From the IMG/VR virus record IMGVR_UViG_2913167280_000008, positions 1 through 7,056 of that record: a stretch of 7,056 nt of DNA, one strand, 5' to 3'. This DNA comes from a virus (lineage: Duplodnaviria; Heunggongvirae; Uroviricota; Caudoviricetes). Below, piece after piece: positions 1 to 4,233 of this stretch; position 1 is the stretch's first letter, and every line of letters begins with the position of its first letter. The position numbers and the translations under genes were made by a program. A model generated the notes under the pieces. It saw only the letters and a list, made by a program, of their open reading frames with translations. It was not told the origin of the DNA and ran no database searches.

Positions 1-1005
1 TTAATCCCCCGTGGACACAGCGTGGACACTTACGCCACCTTTCAGTGGATTAAGAGCCACCGCATCCTGCAGGTAATCCGGTGCAAAATGTGCATATGCC
101 ATTGTTTGCTGAATGGTTGCGTGACCAAGAATCTTCTGAAGCGCAATAATGTTTCCCCCATTCATCACAAAATGGCTGGCGAACGTATGCCGTAGCACAT
201 GTGCAGCCTGGCCTTTTGGCAAATCGGGTTTAACTCTTTTCAGCATCAGGCAGAATTCCCGGTACTTCACCTCAAACAAGTTGCCCGTTTCTTTGGTTTT
301 GATCGCCTCACAAACCGCCTGCGAAATTGGCACCGTCCTCTTCCGGCCATTTTTGGTTTCGAGAAACGTCACACGGTTATGAACTACCTGTTCTCCGCGA
401 AGCTTACTGGCTTCACCCCAACGCGCCCCGGTACTTAAACACAAAAGCGCAACACGCCAGTAGTCGCCCTCCAGTGTATCGAGCAATAGCGCTACTTCCT
501 TCTGGGACAGGAAAGCCATTTCTCGCGGGGATACATAAAGAATGGAGATCCCCCTTACCGGATGTTCTGCATCCCAAAGGCCTATTCTTTTCAGAACGGT
601 AAACATGCCGGATAGTCGGTTCATGTACCTGTTAGCAGATGACGGTTTCAATCCAGCAGCTATCTTTTGAGAACGCCACGCGATAATTTTCAGCTTATCA
701 AGATCCACAGCCTGCATATCAGCGCCAAGCTCATTGATTATGTTGCGCAGTTGTTTCCGGTCTTCTTCCGCCTTACGTCTGTGTTGGCCGTGATACATCC
801 ACCACAACTCAAGCAAATCATTCAGTGTCCGGCGATCACGGTAACCCTGTATATATTCCCGCTTTTCAGCGTTCGCCATGATGTAGCGTTCAGTGGCCAC
901 CGCTACTGATTTTTTGTCAAATACCTTACGCACGCGCTTTCCCTTGCGTCCGTTCGGCCTGATGTCCAGCAAATAACGACCATCTTCGAGCTTCTTAATT
1001 GACAT
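1..1005 (-). CDS. int: Tyrosine site-specific integrase, P2 Int-like (about 334 aa from the ATG at 1005..1003; the ORF track extends to a TTG at 1020)
   Basis: Minus-strand ORF ending in TAA at 3..1. N-terminus MSIKKLEDGRYLLDIRPNGRKGKRVRKVFDKKS closely resembles my recollection of the P2 Int N-terminus. C-terminal catalytic signature is present: TGARWGE (Arg), HVLRHTFASH (H-x-x-R box) and LGHATIQQTMAYAHF (catalytic Tyr region). GGAGG sits about 7 nt upstream of the ATG at 1005..1003. Confidence 0.9.
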   Translation of the reverse strand: MSIKKLEDGRYLLDIRPNGRKGKRVRKVFDKKSVAVATERYIMANAEKREYIQGYRDRRTLNDLLELWWMYHGQHRRKAEEDRKQLRNIINELGADMQAVDLDKLKIIAWRSQKIAAGLKPSSANRYMNRLSGMFTVLKRIGLWDAEHPVRGISILYVSPREMAFLSQKEVALLLDTLEGDYWRVALLCLSTGARWGEASKLRGEQVVHNRVTFLETKNGRKRTVPISQAVCEAIKTKETGNLFEVKYREFCLMLKRVKPDLPKGQAAHVLRHTFASHFVMNGGNIIALQKILGHATIQQTMAYAHFAPDYLQDAVALNPLKGGVSVHAVSTGD

Positions 1006-1101
1006 TGCGAAGCCCTCCAATGAACCGCTCTACAATTTCTCCAGCCTCTTTCCAGCAATAATCAGACCAGACAAAGAGCAGGTCTAACCAGTTTTCTGGC
1101 C

Positions 1102-1422
1102 TTAGCGGGGTGATTTTTGGTTTGTTTCGGTTGAAACCTGATCGCCCTCCGAATCGAAGAATCCATCAAGAGAGAGAGCCGGAGAAATTTGCCCAACCTC
1201 CGGCATCGTTTCATCTGTTGATAACCAATAAGCATACTTCTTAAATTTTGGGTGTTTCGTAACCTTAAGTAAGGCACCCTCTGTTACTTGCTTCCCCCTC
1301 ACCTCATAGTTAGTTACCGTCCCATAAGGTAGCCCAACACAATCCGCAAACTCCTGGCGGGTCATACCTTCTGCTTCACGAATCAGGCGAAATTTTTCAC
1401 CCATGCTTGACAAAGATGCCAT
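1102..1422 (-). CDS. C: Immunity repressor, P2 C-like HTH protein (about 106 aa; alternative in-frame starts at 1431, 1440 or 1500)
   Basis: Minus-strand ORF upstream of and co-oriented with int, as in P2. Contains an HTH segment (MTRQEFADCVGLPYGTVTNYEVRG) and a C-terminal GQISPALSLDGF stretch that matches my recollection of P2 C. GGAGGA lies about 10 nt upstream of the ATG at 1422..1420. Start choice is uncertain. Confidence 0.75.
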   Translation of the reverse strand: MASLSSMGEKFRLIREAEGMTRQEFADCVGLPYGTVTNYEVRGKQVTEGALLKVTKHPKFKKYAYWLSTDETMPEVGQISPALSLDGFFDSEGDQVSTETNQKSPR

Positions 1423-1536
1423 ATCGGGCATATCCTCCATCGCAAACATGCCACATCGGGCACACACATAAAAAAGCTCAAATAAGCCTATATAAGCCAT
1501 TTTGAGCCATTCGAACGAATTAGAGAGATTACCACA
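1423..1536. promoter_or_regulatory. Divergent early/repressor promoter and operator region between C (leftward) and cox (rightward), by analogy to P2 Pc/Pe
   Basis: A 114-bp AT-rich non-coding gap between two divergently transcribed regulators; contains the phased direct repeats listed separately and TATA-rich -10-like elements (ctatataag around 1488..1496). Exact hexamers and transcription starts cannot be assigned with confidence by eye. Confidence 0.55.
1483..1510. repeat. Three direct repeats TAAGCC(t)/TAAGCCAT/TGAGCCAT starting at 1483, 1493 and 1503 (10-bp phasing); candidate repressor or Cox operator sites
   Basis: Read directly: aaTAAGCCtaTATAAGCCATtTTGAGCCATtcg. One helical turn spacing places all three sites on the same DNA face. 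Confidence 0.5.
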
Positions 1537-1824
1537 ATGAGCGAATCAGAGCTTGAGGGGTTCATTCAGGTAGCACCATACCCACTTGAAGCGGTGCCAT
1601 ATCAACTATTCGCCAAGATGATTGGCCGCAAAGAATCAACCGTCAGAACCATGATTGACGCCGCAAAGCTACCAACAATTGATTTTGTAAAACCGGGTTC
1701 AGCAAAGACGCGAGCATCAGAAAACTGGGTATATCTGCCAGCATTTAACGCAGGTATGCGCAAAGCGTTTTTTGATCAGCCGAAAGAACGCCGCGATGCA
1801 TGGTTGTTGTGGCTGGGGCTTTAA
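1537..1824 (+). CDS. cox: Cox-like excisionase / early transcriptional regulator (95 aa)
   Basis: First rightward gene, divergent from C. The segments NWVYLPAFNAG and RDAWLLWLGL match my recollection of conserved P2 Cox segments (YWVYLPAWNNG, RDGWLMWLGL). AGAGAGA lies about 8 nt upstream of the ATG. Confidence 0.85.
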   Translation: MSESELEGFIQVAPYPLEAVPYQLFAKMIGRKESTVRTMIDAAKLPTIDFVKPGSAKTRASENWVYLPAFNAGMRKAFFDQPKERRDAWLLWLGL

Positions 1825-1830
1825 TCATAA

Positions 1831-2037
1831 ATGACCAGCAATATCACCAGCGCCATTTTGGCCATTATGTTTATTGAGATAGGCGTAATAGCGATTTATC
1901 TATTTCGCAAGTTAACGGGGCATGAAGAACGCTTTGTTGATCTCAACATCGAGTACATCGCCGCTTATACCAAAGGGCTTTTTCCGGCTGCCATTGGCGC
2001 GGTGCTCATAGCGTTTATTGTTCATTTTATCGGGTAA
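1831..2037 (+). CDS. Small membrane protein, two predicted TM helices (68 aa), function unknown
   Basis: ORF begins 6 nt after the cox stop. Two hydrophobic stretches (SAILAIMFIEIGVIAIYLF and LFPAAIGAVLIAFIVHFI) are separated by a charged loop. The RBS is weak, so expression may depend on coupling to cox. Confidence 0.6.
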   Translation: MTSNITSAILAIMFIEIGVIAIYLFRKLTGHEERFVDLNIEYIAAYTKGLFPAAIGAVLIAFIVHFIG

Positions 2038-2078
2038 AAAACTCAGTAATTCATAATGTTGTAGTAAGGAGATCGGTT

Positions 2079-2186
2079 ATGTGCGGACTGGATAAGATGG
2101 ACCTTTTCTTAATCATAATACTGTCAGTTAACTTCGGGGTGTTATTGGCTTCTATGATTTTCATGCGGGGATATAAACAAAAATGA
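2079..2186 (+). CDS. Tiny single-pass membrane peptide (35 aa, MCGLDKMDLFLIIILSVNFGVLLASMIFMRGYKQK); not in the supplied ORF track
   Basis: Hand-translated. A strong AAGGAG RBS lies 8 nt upstream of the ATG at 2079. A 20-residue hydrophobic core is followed by a basic tail. Its TGA (2184..2186) overlaps the ATG of the next gene (2183..2185) as ATGA. Confidence 0.4.
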   Translation: MCGLDKMDLFLIIILSVNFGVLLASMIFMRGYKQK

Positions 2187-2536
2187 ATAAGCAACAGTGC
2201 AATTCTTCACAGCAACGCTTCCGCAACGGGGCGGAACGCCATGCTAACCGTTTCGCTACCAGTGCATCACGTAGCAACACTCGCTACAGCCTGAGCGAAA
2301 CACACGCTACACCTGATGGCCATCCCGTAAAACAAATTGGTGAACACACCTGGCTGATTGAGAAAGCTGGAATCGTGGTTCACAGATGCCAACGCAACCC
2401 ATTTACCGGAAACCGCATTTTTGCTCTGAGCAACGGCGACAATCAGTTTGGACAGGATTTCACGTTGTACGAAGCTCTGCGCACGGTTGATCGTCTGCTG
2501 CGTGGACAGAATTTCATTAAACAGGCTGATTTATAA
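2183..2536 (+). CDS. Hypothetical early protein (117 aa)
   Basis: Long ORF in the same orientation as the early operon, start overlapping the upstream peptide stop (ATGA). No motif I can assign; polar N-terminus, conserved-looking core IVVHRCQRNPFTGNRIFALSNGDNQFG. Confidence 0.6.
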   Translation: MNKQQCNSSQQRFRNGAERHANRFATSASRSNTRYSLSETHATPDGHPVKQIGEHTWLIEKAGIVVHRCQRNPFTGNRIFALSNGDNQFGQDFTLYEALRTVDRLLRGQNFIKQADL

Positions 2537-2546
2537 CAGGTGCTTT

Positions 2547-2825
2547 ATGACCAAAGACCATGCTCAGGGTGTATTTATCCGCTTTATTGATTTTCGCGGT
2601 GAGCTGTTGTTGCGCGCATCAGCTATTGATGGAGTGGTTCCGGTAGATAAAAGCACGGCCACTTACATTTATCTGAACGGCACACGCCTGACCGTAGAGA
2701 TTCCATATCAACACGTATGCGAAATTATTAGCGAAGCTGAAAAAGCACGTCAGGTTAATGGCAATAACCCCTATCTCGAAATTATCTGCATGGATTCAGA
2801 AGCTGAAATTCAGAAGGCAGATTAA
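2547..2825 (+). CDS. Hypothetical early protein (92 aa from ATG 2547; the ORF-track start at 2448 lies inside the previous gene)
   Basis: ATG at 2547 is 11 nt after the TAA of the previous gene; the track's 2448 start would overlap the upstream gene by 89 nt. No recognisable motif. Confidence 0.55.
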   Translation: MTKDHAQGVFIRFIDFRGELLLRASAIDGVVPVDKSTATYIYLNGTRLTVEIPYQHVCEIISEAEKARQVNGNNPYLEIICMDSEAEIQKAD

Positions 2826-2836
2826 AGGGCGTTGCG

Positions 2837-3079
2837 ATGGATAAAGAATATAAAACTCTCGTCAATAAAGCACTTGAGCGCTTTCATTTTCGCTTAAGCG
2901 CATCGGGCACTCATGCTGAGCTCGCAGCCCGAGAATCATTGACCAGGGCCATCAAGAGTATATACGACACAGCTTTTTACATTGACGACCCGGACGCGCT
3001 CGACGAGCTTTCCGTACTCGTCTGCGCCGCAGAAAACGGGGACCATATTGAGCCATATAAACTGGGAAATATTGCATGA
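2837..3079 (+). CDS. Hypothetical early protein (80 aa), acidic
   Basis: ORF begins 12 nt after the previous stop in the same orientation. Its stop TGA (3077..3079) overlaps the ATG at 3076 of the next small ORF. Confidence 0.55.
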   Translation: MDKEYKTLVNKALERFHFRLSASGTHAELAARESLTRAIKSIYDTAFYIDDPDALDELSVLVCAAENGDHIEPYKLGNIA

Positions 3080-3189
3080 GTATATTTATCTCATGGCTTG
3101 TTCTGATTATTTCGGTGGCCTGCGCTATTGGGATTATGCGAATTATTAATTCAGTAAAAAAGATTGAACGCTTTTTCACTGAAGAATAA
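3076..3189 (+). CDS. Tiny single-pass membrane peptide (37 aa, MSIFISWLVLIISVACAIGIMRIINSVKKIERFFTEE); not in the supplied ORF track
   Basis: Hand-translated. The ATG overlaps the upstream stop as ATGA (3076..3079). A 19-residue hydrophobic core is followed by a KK-containing tail; stop is TAA at 3187..3189. Confidence 0.4.
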   Translation: MSIFISWLVLIISVACAIGIMRIINSVKKIERFFTEE

Positions 3190-3275
3190 CCGCGCAAATA
3201 AGACTCCAGGTTAAATAAGAAAATGTGAAAACAATCCGCATTCGCGGAGGTATTCGCACACGCCAAGGAGGCGTA

Positions 3276-3479
3276 ATGGCAATTAAGCATTTTCCTGTCG
3301 TTCGTTTCACCTCCAGAGGACGTGAATACGAAGTTGACGAACGCCTGATTACCACAATCGACAAACACCGTTCAGAAAAGGATGCACATCACATCTATCT
3401 CACTGACGGTACTTACTTCTGCGCCACCAACGTGGTGCAGGTGAATCTTATCAGACAGGTACAGGAGTCACGCAGATGA
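3276..3479 (+). CDS. Hypothetical early protein (67 aa from ATG 3276; the track gives a GTG at 3225)
   Basis: A strong AAGGAGG RBS (3265..3271) lies 4-5 nt upstream of the ATG at 3276, so I prefer this start over the GTG at 3225. Stop TGA at 3477..3479 overlaps the next start. Confidence 0.55.
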   Translation: MAIKHFPVVRFTSRGREYEVDERLITTIDKHRSEKDAHHIYLTDGTYFCATNVVQVNLIRQVQESRR

Positions 3480-3721
3480 CCATTCTGGACTACATCGCTG
3501 CCAATCCGGGTTGTAGCGGTGGAGAAATCGCCGCAGCACTGAATACACCAACCACAACCATTAATGCGGAGCTACGCCGTCTCTGGCGCAGCGGTTCAGT
3601 CATAAGAAAAGAGCGCAAAACAGGCGGTCGCTTTTCTTATCAGGTAAACCCGATGCCGTTTGGGTGTAGCAACCCACTAACCCAGATGTTCAACCAGCTA
3701 CTGAGGGAAATCAGAGCATGA
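3476..3721 (+). CDS. Putative winged-helix DNA-binding protein (81 aa)
   Basis: ATGA overlap with the upstream gene, and GGAG 8 nt upstream. The sequence ILDYIAANPGCSGGEIAAALNTPTTTINAELRRLWRSGSVIRKERKTGGRFSYQV has the helix-turn-helix-plus-wing layout typical of wHTH regulators; this is a pattern call, not a database hit. Confidence 0.6.
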   Translation: MTILDYIAANPGCSGGEIAAALNTPTTTINAELRRLWRSGSVIRKERKTGGRFSYQVNPMPFGCSNPLTQMFNQLLREIRA

Positions 3722-3729
3722 GCACCTCC

Positions 3730-3774
3730 TGCTGCCGGAAACCACGTCGGGCTTCAGCAGCTCATCCGGCAGCA
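3730..3774. repeat. Perfect 10-bp inverted repeat TGCTGCCGGA (3730..3739) / TCCGGCAGCA (3765..3774) with a 25-nt spacer
   Basis: Read directly from the sequence. It sits in the 141-bp gap between the wHTH gene and the 121-aa gene. No T-tract follows on either strand, so it is not a canonical intrinsic terminator. Confidence 0.5.
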
Positions 3775-3862
3775 AAACAAACTCCGTTAATTCCTGTTCC
3801 GGGCCTTTCCTGCACCTTGCGGCGGGAGGCCTTCGCACATCTGCAACAAGAGGATTGCCGCA

Positions 3863-4228
3863 ATGATTCTCGCCGAAGACTTTTTTGATTACCTGCTGAA
3901 AACCGAGCGCGATTTTGGTATTCGCGTTCTCGACCGCTATGCAATGTATCTGAAATCACTGCCGGAACAGCAGCTCCCGGACGGCCAGATTGTTATTGAC
4001 GGGCGCTACATGGTTGGTAGCTGCCAGGATGATTACACACTTTCCCGCATCGAAAGCGGCACGCCTTCCGTACTGGGTATTTACCAGCGAACTTCATTTC
4101 TGATTGCTGATGTAATTGCTGACAGCATTCGCATAACACACCGTTATGCCAGCACAGAGAGCACCATGCAGGAAATCCAGCGGCTGGCTACCGTCTGCCA
4201 CAATGCACTGAGCGGCAAGGCGGAGTAG
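3863..4228 (+). CDS. Hypothetical early protein (121 aa) immediately upstream of the replication initiator
   Basis: ATG at 3863 is preceded by AAGAGGA about 8 nt upstream. Stop TAG at 4226..4228 is 5 nt before the GTG start of the gpA-like gene. No recognisable motif. Confidence 0.6.
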   Translation: MILAEDFFDYLLKTERDFGIRVLDRYAMYLKSLPEQQLPDGQIVIDGRYMVGSCQDDYTLSRIESGTPSVLGIYQRTSFLIADVIADSIRITHRYASTESTMQEIQRLATVCHNALSGKAE

Positions 4229-4233
4229 TCAGC

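Noticed and set aside
149-909. Plus-strand ORFs 149..382, 199..438, 327..602 and 667..909 from the ORF track
   Set aside because: All lie antisense within the integrase coding region, which has strong motif support; they have no RBS or recognisable features and are best explained as shadow ORFs.
1056-1090. Possible hairpin AGACC...GGTCT between C and int
   Set aside because: Only a 5-bp stem with a 12-nt loop and no T-tract; too weak to call a terminator or attenuator.
1062-1277. Minus-strand 71-aa ORF overlapping the C repressor gene in another frame
   Set aside because: It overlaps the better-supported HTH repressor frame and spans the int-C junction; the Arg-rich translation is typical of an out-of-frame read.
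2448-2546. Upstream extension of the 92-aa gene to the track start at 2448
   Set aside because: It would overlap the 3' end of the preceding 117-aa gene by 89 nt in another frame; the ATG at 2547 just after that gene's stop is more plausible.
3225-3275. GTG start at 3225 for the 84-aa version of the 3276 gene
   Set aside because: The in-frame ATG at 3276 has a near-perfect AAGGAGG RBS at optimal spacing; the GTG at 3225 has none.
2952-3368. Minus-strand ORFs 2952..3368 (138 aa) and 3176..3364 (62 aa)
   Set aside because: They are antisense to a run of co-oriented plus-strand genes with RBS and coupling signals; Arg-rich, low-complexity translation; no upstream signals.
3718-3888. 56-aa ORF starting at the ATGA overlap with the wHTH gene (MSTSCCRKPRRASAAHPAAKQ...)
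   Set aside because: Cys/Arg/Ala-rich composition unlike neighbouring proteins, and it overlaps the RBS-supported start of the 121-aa gene by 26 nt; more likely non-coding spacer. It is kept only as a caveat because the ATGA coupling pattern fits.
3762-3959. Minus-strand 65-aa ORF
   Set aside because: Antisense to the spacer and the 121-aa gene, with a low-complexity Arg/Cys-rich translation.
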